DNA of 64,000 nucleotides. It comes from the human T2T-CHM13v2.0 reference genome, Homo sapiens. The stretch lies in assembly GCF_009914755.1 (NCBI RefSeq), contig NC_060928.1. The stretch is one strand, 5' to 3'. Positions 26,268 to 39,620 of the stretch are shown piece after piece. Both the position numbers and the translations under genes were made by a program. Every line of letters begins with the position of its first letter. Position 1 is the stretch's first letter. A model generated the notes under the pieces. That model saw only the letters and a list, made by a program, of their open reading frames with translations. It ran no database searches and was not told the DNA's origin.

Positions 26268-27847
26268 TCCCATGGACATTTAACCCGGCAGGAGGATCTT
26301 CCCAGAGATTTAATGGAGACTGTGCTGCAGCAGGCACGAAACTGGGGCCTTTGTGTGCAGGACAGCTCTGGTGGAGCCTGGCTGCTTGTAAGTGCCAGTC
26401 GCCCAGGGCTCCCTGTATCTCACTGAGAGGTTACAGCCCCAGCTAACTGCCAGGGCAGGAGACACTAGGGCTGGCTTCCAATGGGACTGGGACACAGTCC
26501 ATCCTGCAGACCTGCCTGTCCAAGGCTCCTGCTTGGCTGCACCCACAGGAATGTGGGCATAGTGCAGCCTCTCCTGCCAAGCCTGTGTGCTTTGCTCCAT
26601 CTGAGTGCACCCCTGCAGCCTGGGGGCCCTTGTGACCCCAGTGCAACTGGAAACCAAACATTATGGTCTGGAAGAGGGTGCTGCGAGCAGATCCTCATGC
26701 CCCAAGGCCACAGCCTGTGCTCAGGAGTCCTGAGCTGGGATCTGTGCCCACCATTCAAGTGGGGAAGGAGCCCACACTCTCAAAACTGAAAGGGGAGAGT
26801 CTTAGTTTCGCCAGTTACTATGGGACCTAGGTGTGCCTCTTCCACAGGGTTGTCCCTGCTGGACCTTCTGCCTGTGGGAGCCCCGTGCCCTGAAACACCT
26901 AACAAAAACAATAACAAAATCATGGGCACAGTGCCAGTGATCAGAAATGGCTCCCCCAAGGCCAAGGAGCAGACCAAGTGAGGGGTTCCTTCTCTCCCCT
27001 TTGCACTTCAGAGCACAGCTGCAAATTCGAGGATACACAAAGGAGCCACATGGCTGAGTAGGAGCCAGTATACCACCAATTGCCCTCAAGCACCATTGAC
27101 TTGTTTGCATCCCAAACTACAGCACCAAAAACCACCGTTAATTCTTCCCATCGTGAAACCAGGAGTGAGAATTCAAAAACAAAGACCCTGTACAGAGACT
27201 TAGTCCTCTGAAAACTTCCAGAAATTAAGCCAATGGACTATGCTCAATTTATACCACAGTGAAAAGGACACAAACCCACCCAGATGAGAAAGAATCAGGG
27301 CAAGAACTCTGGCAATAAAAGAAGTCAGTGTGTCCTGTGACTTCCAAAGGAGTCCACAGATCCCCAGCAATAGTTCTTAACCAGTCTGTAATGTCTGAAA
27401 TGACAGATACAGAATTAAGAATGTGGATGCCAAGGAAGATCACCGAGACCAGGCAGAAAGTTGAAACTCAATCCAAGGAAGCCAAGCAATCCAGTAAAAT
27501 GATTCAAGAGCTGAAAGAAGAAATAGCCATTTTTAAAAAGACCCAAACTGAACTTCTTAAGCTGTAAAATTCTCTAGAAGAATGTCACAGTAAAATTGGA
27601 AGTATCAACAGCAGAACAGACCAAGCTGAGGAAAGAATCACAGGGCTCAAAGACTAGTTCTTTCAATCAACACAGTCAGACAGAAATTTTTAAAAAGTAA
27701 TGATTAGAAAAATGAACAAAGCCTGCAAGAAATATGGGATTATGTAAAGAGACCAAATCTATGACACATTGGCATTCCTGAGAGCAAAGGAGAGACAACA
27801 AGCAAACTGGTAAATATATTTGAGGATATCGTCCACAAAAATTTCCC
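26268..27847 (+). mobile_element. Old primate L1 5' UTR and ORF1 5' part
   Basis: GC-rich L1 5' UTR; ORF1 remnant SEMTDTELRMWM...MIQELKEEIAI; aaatatgggattatgtaaagagaccaaa. Confidence 0.88.
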
Positions 27848-28590
27848 TGGAAAATCTGATGATTACATACCTGTCTTGGGGATGATCTTGAGTAGAATGT
27901 TGTGGGAGTTGTCTGTATTTCCTGAATTTGATTGTTACCGTCTCTAGCAAGGCTGGGGAAGTTTTAGTGAATGATATCTTAAAATATGTCTTCCAAGTTG
28001 TTTACTTTCTCCTTGTCCCTTGCAGGGATGCCAGTGACTTGTTGATTTGATCTCTTTACATAATTGCATACTTCTCAAAGGTTTTGTTCATTCCTTTTCA
28101 TTCTTTTTTCTTTATTTTTGTCTGTCTTATTTCAGAAAACCAGTCTTCAAGTTCTAAGATTCTTTTCTCGGTTTGGTTTATTCTGCTGTTGACACTTGTG
28201 ATTGCATTGTGAAAAGCTTGTATTATTCAGCTCTGGCAGACCCATTAGGGTCTTTGTTTATACCAGCTATTTCATCCTTCAGCTCCTATATCGCTTTATC
28301 GGGATTCTTCCTTTCCTTGGATTGGGTTTTGCCATCCTGCTAAATCTCGATGATCTTCATTCCTATCCATATACTGAATGCTATTTCTGTCATTTATGCC
28401 AGTTCAGTCTGGTCAGGAACCCTTGCTGGAGAGAACTGGTGTGGTAATTTGGAGGACATACAAACTCTGGCCATTTCAGCTACTGGAGTTCTTGCATTGT
28501 TTCTTTCTCATCTCTGTTGTGGGTGTTCCTTTAACTGAACTGTAGATTGAGTACAGTCAACAGACTTCTTTTCTGAGTGTTTTCACCAGG
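27848..28590 (-). mobile_element. Second L1 ORF1 fragment, opposite orientation, different copy
   Basis: Reverse complement gives ORF1 sequence homologous to, but clearly diverged from, 27200-27847. Confidence 0.88.
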
Positions 28591-28759
28591 CTATATTTAA
28601 GTCAGATATCATCTTTACAAGGTACCTTGGAGGATGCTGCTAAGCTACTCAGCAGGAGCAGTGGGCTAGAGTAAATTCTTACGGAATCATGTAGACTCTC
28701 ACTGTTTCTTTGACTTTCTCTCTTATGTTTCCCCACTCCATGCCATTGTCATTGGCTTT

Positions 28760-29217
28760 CTACTTGTCTGTCAAACACCTCAATCTCATGCTAGTATTCT
28801 GTTTCACAGTTACTCTGCCTGTAACATTTTTCCCTGTGATGCCCATCCACCTGGTTACTTTCATCATCTCCCCCAAGTCTTTATGTGTCATCTTCTCAAT
28901 GAGGCAATCTCTGACTACTGTATTTAAAATTGCAATGTGATCCCTATCTCTTCCAGTTACCCCTAGAATCTTAATCCTCTTTATACTGCTCTACTTTTTA
29001 AATCAATGCACTAGTTACCTGATAGCATACTGTAGAACTGCTTGATTTATTATGTTTGTTGTGTATTTCATCTCTCCCTTCATTGAATGATGTAAGATCA
29101 TTAAGGGCAAGCATATTTTTTAATGTTTCATTCATTGATGTAGCGTCAGTGTCAAGAAAAGCGCTTGGAATACAGGAAGCATTCAGTTAATATTTATGAA
29201 ATACATGAATGAATGAT
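28760..29217 (+). mobile_element. L2 3' end
   Basis: tcttctcaatgaggc...tatttaaaattgca...cttggaatacaggaagcattcagttaatatttatgaaatacatgaatgaatga. Confidence 0.75.
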
Positions 29218-30929
29218 TAGGGAATGAATGCACAGCTTCTCTCTATTATATATTCATCATGGAAGATACATTTTTAAAAATCCATTGTATTAGAATAATA
29301 CACGAACGAAATGCATACAGGCTTAATGAGTTACATTTACGTTTGGTAAGAGGTTTTATAAAGAGGATTTACTTGATTTTGTGGGTATAAATACTTTCAG
29401 GATTTAAAAATTGCAATGTGTATGTTTTCATTAATAAAATAAGGAAAAAAGTCTGAATGTCTGTCAAAACTAAGGAAAACAAGCCTACATGTCTGCCTCT
29501 ATGACTGTGTAAAATCAAAGAATGCTTTGGGAGCCTGGAGCAAGAAGAAAAAGCTGAACTATGCATATTTGACTTCAGAAACACATGGCTGTGCAATCAC
29601 TTTCAATATTCAAAATTAAAATTAGAAAAGCAATATTGGAGGAATGGCTGGGGAGTAGCTTAGGAGGAATCTGATAGGATATACATTAAGGAAGATCTTG
29701 AGTTTGCAATAAGAGACTGTTTACTGAGCCTGGATGTTTGGGTTCTTCAGAACTATTAAACCTCCTTCAGACTTGACCAGTCAATACAAATAAATTAAAT
29801 GTTTATTCTGCTCATCTCCTTCACTTGAAATAACTGGAATTCTTTGCTGAATGGAAAAAAATAGCACTGGGAAAAAATAGAGCTCTTTTCTTGGTATGGT
29901 AGCTTTGAGACAATGGGTTAGTCTACTTGTAACTATTGCATTCTACTGCTTTGATTACATTCTCTAAGAGCTAACACCAAAAATGTAAAGGTAGACAGGG
30001 GAGGCAATAACTGGTATCCAAGTTTTTCCTAATGATAAAACAGCTTGTCTTAACAATCCTTGACATATAATAAATTCTTAAATTTCTAATTAAGTTCCTT
30101 ATTCTCCAATACAGTAGTCCCCAATAGACAATAGCATCAATAAACCAGTAATTTATGCATTTGTTAAATATTTATTTAGATCACCTGCTATATGCCTTTA
30201 AACATTTTAGGCATTTCAATTCACAAAGATAAATTCTAAAATATGCATGCCATCTTAAATCACAGTCAAACTTGTGTGAGAGGTTGGGGCACAGATGAGA
30301 AGGACTGGGCAGTGTGGAAAGGATATGCTAGAAAGATACACCTGGTGGAAATAAAAGGGCTTGATTACTAAGGCTTTTTTTTACCTTCTGATTTATTTTC
30401 TTCAGTGATCTTTGCCTCTTCCATGATTTTAGTAATCATTTATAAGTGCAGAATCATAAATGTTTATCTCAACACTGGCATTTTTTGAGGTCCATGCTTC
30501 AATGTTCAATTGCTTACTCTATATCACAATTGGATATCCTAAAGCATCCTAACAGAATGTGTGAGAAACTGATTATACAACTCACATCTGCATGTTTTCT
30601 TAAAAATAAACTCACATGCACAAAAATGCTTGTTATTCCTCCAGTGTTCATATGGTGACTCCTTTTTGCCTTATTCTCCCTATCCAATCTATTTTTTGCT
30701 TTTCTAATTCATCATTGTCTTCTTCTTACATACAACTTTTGCCTTTATCCAAAGTTTATAAAATGTGTAATCTCTTTTATTATATAATTAACCTTCTGTG
30801 CTTGCCCATAGGCTAATTCTAAGATTGGGACATTAAACTGTTTCTATTTTTATAAACCTTATTTTCTGACATGCTCTATAACTTTTATCTACCCATTTAT
30901 ATAGAGTTGTAAGGATCTATTTTACACCT

Positions 30930-31395
30930 TTTTCTACTCTGCTTTCTACCTTGAGAGTCTGACATCTCTTGACAGCAGCATGAAGCCCCCTCTCTCTTTA
31001 GATTTCAGATGTATTTGGCCAACTGAGACTCTAAACAGGAAATCTGAGAGAAAAAGGGAAGCTTTTATTATTACTTATTATTATTCCCCACCCTTGGCTC
31101 CCTGCATGAAGTACTGGCTCTTACTGGCTTTGTCCCTTCATCGAAGCTCATAATGTCCTTCTGAGCAGCCCTCTCTATATTACTCTCTCCTTCTAAGTTT
31201 CTGAAAATGCTCTTCCTATTTTCTTAGGGCTTGGTAAATACCTCTTCTCTGTTCCTACTAGCTAAGAGTACTGCAGTAAACCTTGTGGTTTTCTTAAATG
31301 ATGACGCACATTTGTTAACAGCCCTTTAATTAACCCTCCTTGAATTATCCTAAATTGAGTAAGCCATCTGTTTCCTGCTGTGACCCTGACCTGCA
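30930..31395 (+). mobile_element. Old ERVL LTR (LTR33-like)
   Basis: Ends gccatctgtttcctgctgtgaccctgac. Confidence 0.55.
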
Positions 31396-32854
31396 AAATC
31401 ATCTTTTTTTTCAAATTTGCTTATTGTGAAAAAAATATAATTCTTTCAATCAATCTCTCTGCTAAAATTAAATTGTTCTAAAACTCAAGGTCAAGTTGAC
31501 TCTCTTATTTTTTTTACACTTTCTTAAATGCTGTAAGTACTGACAGTTCAAATTTGAGTCATATCTTTCCTGTACACTTCTTATTTTCTCTAGTTTCTAA
31601 GTGTACTTATTTCATGTGTTGACAAAGACAGCATATGGATTTATACTAAGCTCATCTACTTCCATTACTATATTTTTGTTAGCATTAATGCATTTATCTG
31701 AAATATATTATTCTCAGATATCTATGATTTATAAGTCTAATTTGGACTACGTGTGTTCCAAGTCTATTAGGCAGTTTGTTATACTTGGATGACAAACTTT
31801 GGAGCTGGAATTGATGTTTGCTAAAATAAGAAATATGCATACAAAACAGCTTACACAACAGCTATTTAATCTTATAATTTAGAGTTGAACTTTAAATATA
31901 CTCTTAATCACATCAAAATGTCAAAAAGAGGTTGGAAAACACACAAAGGTTTAATTTATCTGCAATTGTAGGAGGTGTTTCATCAGATATTCTCATTAGC
32001 AAATTTAATTATAGGAAGCAAGACAATATTACTTTATAGCTTTAAGATCTAATTAGTGTTCAGAAGTTAGTCTAAATTAACTTACACATCAAGCAGCTCA
32101 AACATTTTCCATTCTATGGGGAATTTCACTGGGTAAAAAATCTTTTGTCTTGTGGGCTTTAAAATTCACACAGCTGTACAAACAAATAATGACTGCAAAG
32201 TGGTTCTAGAGTTTTTTTTTCAAGAGGCTTTTGGGCTTTGGTTTCAAATAAATACAACTATGTAATTTTTTATCAATGCATTAGTATCATACATTTATAA
32301 TTAATATATATTAGTCATCACTCCCATATATACATATATGTGTGTATATATAGTATATATATTAAATATTATATAGTATATACATAGTATTGATATGATG
32401 GTAAAGACTAGGTTTATTTTCAAATAAAAGTTAAAATAATTAGAAAAGCATTAAGGAAAAAATAGTTTCAAATTTTTTTGATCCAGTTACCATTTTGTTT
32501 GCTTAAGGGGAAGCCAAAAAGACTTCCTTCCAAAACTAAAATTATCATGCATATAGAGCAGTACTCTTTCCCAGAACTCATGCTATCTGTAAAAAATTTT
32601 CCAATTTCTGATCTCATCCTCACTTTAACTGTGTAAGGCATTTTGTATTTCCTTCTGTTGCAAGACACTCAAATGACTCTAACTGTTGAACATGGATTGA
32701 TGTATCTGGTGGTGAGATCTGCATGAACATATTTTCATATTTTATTTTTAACTTGAGGAAATTCCTGAGTGCAGTAGAATTATTTATGGGCACTTAGAGT
32801 CATGGATAGGTGGGTGTGGAATAGGACAAGAAATCATGTTATCCATTCCCTTAC

Positions 32855-32929
32855 CCGGTTTTCTAATCCTGCTTTATAAACCCTATGGAAGAAGTGTAGA
32901 CTGGCACCAAAGATCTGCCTTCATTAGTT
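32855..32929 (-). other. Candidate 75-nt exon
   Basis: Minus strand: tttgctcttgcattttacag|AACTAATG...AAACCGG|gtaagg. Confidence 0.35.
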
Positions 32930-33508
32930 CTGTAAAATGCAAGAGCAAATTCTGGTTATTGTTTTTTTCAGGCAAAAAGCAAAGTGTCATTTTAGAATAG
33001 GATTTTCTCATTATCTTCCTTTTTCTTTCCAGTCTTCTGTCCTTACTTTCCTTCTTTTTATCCACTTTCTCCTTCCTTCATCAACGGAATTATCCAGGGA
33101 ATATTGTTATAAACAGAATAAATGGTAGAAATGTTGCTTAACCATTCCCTTCCTAAGAAGTTAGAATATTCTTCCAAAAATATCAAACTTTGTCAATTTT
33201 ATGTGTAAGTTTGACAAGACTTCAAAGAACACTGACTTTAGCTTTAAACAATTTCTTTCAGACAATAAGAAAAAAGGAATGACTACTTGGATTATTTCAA
33301 AGCATAATCTTTATAAATTTTCATACTAAAACCAAGAAAGAAAATCAATGGCCACTTTTTATTAATGTTGGTTATAAAAATAATAATTTTAAACGATAAT
33401 TTCAAAATATATTTATAACATTTCCAGAATCAAAATTGAGTCACCATTAATAAATTCATTAATCCATTTCTCCATGTAAGTGTTTAAAGAAAAAATTCTC
33501 AATGCTAC

Positions 33509-33971
33509 TACTATGGTTCCGATGTGGTTTGCACCACCCCCTACCAAAACTCATGTTGAAATTTAATTGTCAATGTAACCATGTTGAGTGGTGGAACCTT
33601 AAGGGAGGAGGCCTACTGGGAAGAGTTCAGGTCATATCAACTTTTCCCTTATGGGCCTCTTGGTGCCCTTCTCTCAGTAGTTAGTGAGTTCTTGCTCTCA
33701 AGGAAATGGATCAGTTCTCAGAAAAGCAGATTGTTACAAAGTGAAGTCCCTCCTCATGTTTGGTTCCTTTTCACACGTGTCCACCTTCCCTTTGACCTTC
33801 TTCCCTGTGTTTTGACCTAGCATGTGACCCTTACCAGAAGGCAAGCAGGTGCCAATCCCGTGCCCTTTAAATTTCCCAGACTGCAGAACCGTGAGCTAAA
33901 TAAGCCTTTTTTCTTTATAAATTGCCCAGCCTCAGGTATTCTATTATAGCAACGCAAGATGGACTAACCCA
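33509..33971 (+). mobile_element. MST-family solo LTR (MSTB/C/D)
   Basis: aaaactcatgttgaaattta...cagaaccgtgagctaaataagcc...ctcaggtattctattatagcaacgcaagatggactaa. Confidence 0.85.
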
Positions 33972-34010
33972 ACTCTTTTCTATTTGTTTTCTCTAGGTAG
34001 GCTCAGAGCC

Positions 34011-34530
34011 TTCTAGAGTGTAATAATGGCTCCCCAAAGATGTTTTCATCCTAATCCCCAAAACCTGTGAATACTGTGAATGTATTACCTTTTATGGCAA
34101 AAGGGAACTTGCAGTTATGATTAAGACTCCTGATATGAGAAGGCTATTCTGAATTATCCACATGGGCTGAATGTATTCACAAAGGTTCTTGTAAGACTTA
34201 GGCAAAAGTATCAGAGTCAGAGAAAGAGATGTGAGGATGCAAGCAGAGATGGGGCAAGGAAGAGGGGCAAAATTGTTTGACTATATTACATTGTTGGCGT
34301 TGGAGATGGAGGAAGAGACCCTGAATCAAGGAATGCAGTAGTCCTCTGGAAGCTAAAAATTCAAAGGAAAATGAAGTTCTCCTAAAGTGTCTTCAGGGAA
34401 CACAGCCCTGCTTAAACCTCCATTCTAGCCATGCAACCAATTTCTGACTTCTAAACTCCAGAACTCTAAGGAAACAAATTTGTGTTATTCAACCCAATAA
34501 GAATAATATATAGCAATAAGAATTAATATA
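34011..34530 (+). mobile_element. MLT1D-like solo LTR
   Basis: aataatggctccccaaagatg...catcctaatccccaaaacctgtgaat...atggcaaaaggga; gacttctaaactccagaact. Confidence 0.85.
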
Positions 34531-34554
34531 TTCTCCAACAAAAAATGCCTTTTA

Positions 34555-34735
34555 TCATGAAGTCAGGCTGTAAAGTCAACCTGACTGCGCTCAGTTCTCA
34601 GGTGTGACACTAGCGGCGTATATGGAAAAAGTTGCTTATTTTTCTGCATATTCTCATTACAGAACCTTATAGACATATATTAAGCACTTACTACTAGAAA
34701 CTGAGTAAACACTCAACAAATTTCAGGTATTGTGA
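34555..34735 (+). mobile_element. MIR fragment
   Basis: Diverged MIR-like core and end (taagcacttac...gagtaaacactcaacaaat). Confidence 0.5.
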
Positions 34736-35126
34736 CTCATGATCTCTTATTTTATTGTTTCCTGGATTGATTTCAAATTCCTCAGCCTGGAAATCAAAGA
34801 CCTATATAACCTGGCTCCAAATGTGCTTTACAAACAATTCCAACAAGTCACCTCAGGGGTCATTCTTCTCCTCTAAAGAAAAAAAAAAAAAAAGAAAAAA
34901 CAATTCATTCTTGCTCCTTCCTGTTCCTGAATGATTTTCTCCTCTTTCTTGATTATTTGAATTTCATACTGACTTGAATATCCAAGTACAATTTTACTTA
35001 ATCTGTGTGGCCTTTCCAGCTTACTTCATTACTGAGTTCTGGTTCTTTCAATTTAACATTTGTTTATTCAATTCAAAAAGTGTCTGAAGTGACTTGTCTG
35101 CAACACTAATTTAGCAGTTAAGCTTG

Positions 35127-35623
35127 TGTAAGGGAGATGAAACTTTACCTCTACTCTTTTAGGGTCCTGTATGGGCCTGAGAATTACATAGACATAAAAC
35201 AGATTAACAGAAGAAAAGCATACAAATTTAATGTAAATTTTAGATGACACAGGAGCCCGCATAAGAAAATGAAGACTCAAAGAAGTGGCAAGACTCATCT
35301 TTTTTTGCATTAGGTTGAACGAAGAGAGGCAATTGTGGAAAAGTAAATAAATTATATGGGGAGGCTGAAGGAAAATAACAGTTATTTTACCAATGTCTGT
35401 TTTTACATAATTCTCTCAGCTATGACTCTCCATTGAAGAATGTGTCTTTTCAGCTGGTACAGCTCAGACATCTTTCACGGAGGCCTTTTTATCTCTTGTT
35501 TTCAGGGAGAAAAGAAGATTAGAATGCCTTTCTTGCATTTGCTGTTTTTCAAGTTCCTTTAGCTCAAAATAATACTTAGGACTCAGTGGCCTATTATGGG
35601 GTGGCATATTCTGCCACTCTCCA
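35127..35623 (-). mobile_element. MER34/MER39-type ERV1 solo LTR
   Basis: TG...CA ends; terminal ggggtggcatattctg is the reverse complement of cagaatatgccacccc; near-TSD cttg/cttt. Confidence 0.8.
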
Positions 35624-36595
35624 CTTTCTTTTCTGATGTCATTTGTTAATATCTAACACAGATAATTCTTTTAGTGTTTAACATTTTGTGGGAAAATGTG
35701 GCTAGGCTTTTACAGAATTGTATACAACCATATTCCGGAATTTTTAATTAAATTATAAGATCATAAGTATAAAGATAAGTAATCTCTGCTGCAGATATAA
35801 TAGCATCAAGATAATAAATATTCACTATGTAATGATGACATAAATCTCTGGACAGAGATATAATAATTATTTGATATATAGGAACATTTACATCAGAATA
35901 TAAACAAATAATACATTTTATTTCACATTTTTAATAATAGTAGAATTTGCTAATATATAAGATATATCTAAAAGAAGTCAATGATCATTTAAAGAAAACT
36001 CAATTTGAGCATTTTCTGTGTCCAAAGAATGTACAAAAAAGGTGAATCTATGAAATGGTATATTAATGTGCTGCTAATGCCAAGAAAACCCCGTGCTTGA
36101 TACTATCTTAACATTGAATACCAATTTTAAAATGCACTGTTACTCTAAGGTTGAATGTCATCAAGAAAGGTGTTATTGTAGAAATGGTTTTGTAGCCTAT
36201 TTGATTACATATCTGAAAGAAAAATAGGGATATTAACATCCCAATACATTCTAAAATGTGACAGTTTCTTTAGAACTAAAGACAAGAAGTCATGATTTTT
36301 GCAAAGATTTCTGAAAATAAGTATTTCCTTGTAATCAAATCTAAAATAATAATGGTAATATTGAAATAGTTCCTTCTGTATTTTGTAACAGAGAACAAAG
36401 CGCCTATAATACATAGCTTCAAGTATCTCCAGATATCTCAAGAAAGATGGGGAAAGGCAGTATCAGTATCACCTTGTAAGTTTATAAAATATATATATAT
36501 ATATATACCCCATCCTTGCCCCAGTCCCTTGTTTAATAAAACTTGAGCCACCTGCCCAGATAATGATTTCAGTTTAGTTTCTAAGTTAACTCATA

Positions 36596-37047
36596 CAGGT
36601 TTAGTTCACCTTATCTCAAATAGCTGAAACCAAATTGCTTGGATTTTGGAGGTTTTCAGATTTTAGAATATCTGCATATATCTATCCCATCGTGGGGATG
36701 GGACTCAAGTCAACACAAATTTCACTTATGTTTCATATACAGCTCATACACATAACCTCAAGGTAATTTTATACAACTACTTTTGCATAAAGTTGCCACT
36801 GGTGCATCCAGCCTGCCCTTGTGCCATTTTATTAACCTTGTAGGCATGATTGGGTAGGGGAATCTGAGCATGCTCGGAAAAGATATGTGGCAGCTGATGG
36901 AGGCAGGAAGGGTCTTTTTTCCCTTGCAGACACTAAATAAACAGTTGTGCACCTTCATTTATTTCTGGTGTCATGTCAGTGCTCAAAACATTTAGGAATT
37001 TGGAGTATTTTGAATTTTAGATTTCAGATTAGAGATGCTCTACATAT
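36596..37047. mobile_element. Tigger4-type (MER46/Zombi) non-autonomous DNA transposon
   Basis: ta-caggtt... start; ggggatgggactcaagt, aaggtaattttatacaa, tcatgtcagtgctcaaaa, gattagagatgctc end. Confidence 0.8.
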
Positions 37048-37193
37048 TTCACAGTGTGTGAGGGGGTGTGGGTGTTGGTGTGGGTGTGTAGGTGTGGGTG
37101 CATGCTACAAATATAATACCAGGGAGCCATGATTCCCCGTTTTTTATGTCTTAATTTGTCTGCAAATCATAGTTTTACTAGAAATAAACAATA

Positions 37194-39620
37194 CAGGGAT
37201 AAAGCAAAGAAATTTTGAGCTTGGCTCCAGATCACCTCGATAAAGTGGATACCGCAATAAAGCAAGTCACACAAATTTCTGAATTCCCAGTGCATATAAA
37301 AAATATGTTTATATTATACTATAGTTTGTTAAGTGTTCAATAGTACACACCTTAATTAAAAAAATTTAAAATTGCCTTATTGCTAAAAAATGCTAACAGT
37401 TATCTAAGCCTTTAGTGATTTGTAATCTTTGTGCTGGTGGAAGGTCCTGCCTTGATGTGGATGGCTGCTGAGATCAGGATGGTAGTGTCGCTAAAGGTTG
37501 AGGTGGCTGTGGCAACTTCTTAAAATAAGACAACAATGAAATTTATCTTATCAATTGACTCTTCCTCTTATAAAAGTTTTCTCTGTAGCATGTGATGCTG
37601 TTTGATAGCATTTTAATCATATTAGAACTTTTTTAAAAACTGGAGTTTATCCTCTCAGACTCTGCCACTGCTTTATCAACTATGTTTCTATACTATTTTA
37701 AATGCTTTTCTAATTTCAACAATCCTCGCAGCATCTTTACCAGGAGTAGGTCCCATCTGCAGAAACCAATTTTTTTACTCATCAGTAAGCAACTCCTCAT
37801 ACATTCAAGTTTTATCATGAGATTGCAACAAAGCATCTTCAGGCTCTACTTCTAATTCTTGTTCTTTTATTATTTCCACCACAACTGTGGAAACTTCCTC
37901 CACTGAAGTCTTGGGCCCCTCAAAGTCATTTATGAGGGTTGAAATCAACTTCCTTTATACTCCTGTTATTAAACTGCTGTTAATGTTGATATTTTGTGCT
38001 CCTCCAAAAAAAAAAAAAAGCAAAAAAACAAGGGTTCTTAATGATATCTAGAATGGTGAAGGCTTTCCAGAAGACTTTTAATTTACTTTGCCCAGATTCA
38101 CTGGAGAAATCATTACCTATGACAGCTATAACCTTACAAAATGTATTTCCTGAACAGTAAGAAATGAAAATCAAAATTGATCCATGGGCTACAGAATGAA
38201 CAAATGCATGAAAACAACATAAATTCCTTGTATATCTCTATCAGAGTCATTGGGTGACCAAGTGCATTGTCAATGGGCAGTAATATTTTGAAAGGAATAT
38301 CTGTCTGAGCAGTAGGTCTCAACATGGGGCTTAAAATATCCAGTAAACCATTCTGTAAATATAATAAATGTGCTGTCATCCAAGGTTTTTTGTTGCATTT
38401 ATAGAAAACAGGCAAAGTTGATTTAGCATAATTCTTAAGGGCCATAAGATCTTTAGAATGATAAATGAGCATTGGCTTCAAGTTAAAATCACCACCTGCA
38501 TTAGCCTCTAACATGAGAGTCCATCTGTCCTTTGAAGAAGTTTTGAGGCTGGGTATTGACTTCTCTCTGGCCATTAAAGTCCTAGATGATATTTTTTTCC
38601 AATAGAAGGCTGTTTTGTCTACACCGAAAATCTTTTGTTTTGTGTAATCACTCTCATCAATTATTTTATTCAGATCTTTTGGATTACTTGTTGCAGCTTC
38701 TGCATCAGCATTTGCTGCATCACCTTGACCTTTTATGTTAAAAAGACAGCTTTTTTCTTTAAACCGCATGACTGAATCTCGGTTTGCATCAAGCATTTCT
38801 TCTGCAGCTTTCTCTCCTCTCTCAGCCTTCACAGAATTGAAGAGAGAAAGGACCTTGCTCTGGATTAGGCCTTGGTTCAGGGGAATGTTATAGCTGGCTT
38901 TATCTTCCATCTAGACTACTAAAACTTCCTCCATGTCGGCAGTAAGGCATTTTAGCCTTCTTATCATTCATATGTTCACTGCAGTAACAATTTTGATCTC
39001 CTTCAGGAATTTTCCTTTGTATTCACAACTTGACTAACTGGTGCAAGAGGCTTAGGTTCTGGCCTATCTCAGCTTTTGACATGATTTTTCTCACTAAGCT
39101 ATTAAGCTTAGTGATTACATTTAATATTAATGATTACATTTCTAGATTTTAAATTAAAATAAGAGATGTGCTAATTTTCCTTTCACTGAACACATAGAGG
39201 CCATTGTAGGGTGACTGGCCTAATTTCGATATTGTTGTGTCTCAGGGAATAGAGAGGTCTAGGAAAGGATGAAGTACAGGGGAACTGCCTGTCAGTGGAG
39301 CAGTTAGAACACACACATTTCTTGCTTAAGTCTGCCATTTCTATGGGCACCAGTGCCTAGCACCCTAAAAGAATTACACTAGTAACATCAAAGATCACTG
39401 ATCACAGGTCTCCAAATCAGACACCTTAATAATGAACAGAAAATTAAAATATTGTTGAGAATAACCAAAATGTGACACAGAGACACAAAATGAGCACATG
39501 CTGTTGGAAAAATGGTGCCAATAGACTGGATAGATGCAGAGTGCTATAAACCTTCAATTTTTAACAAATACTAGATCTATAAAGCAGAATAAAGCAAAGC
39601 ACAATAAAGCAAGGTAAGTG
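37194..39620 (-). mobile_element. Full-length Tigger1 DNA transposon (about 2.4 kb)
   Basis: TA flanks at 37192-37193 and 39621-39622; Tigger1 terminal gcaataaagc motifs at both ends; transposase remnant inside. Confidence 0.93.
38134..38910 (-). pseudogene. Tigger1 pogo-family transposase remnant (258-codon frame)
   Basis: QKIFGVDKTAFYWKK, KDRWTLMLEANAGGDFNLKPMLIYHS and LLPIDNALGHP are pogo/DDE_1 motifs; N-terminus and third catalytic region not in frame. Confidence 0.9.

Noticed and set aside
26310-27135. Cluster of GC-rich overlapping ORFs
   Set aside because: L1 5' UTR sequence with few stops; the same holds for 56129-56751 (LTR12) and 58328-60073 (L1 5' UTR).
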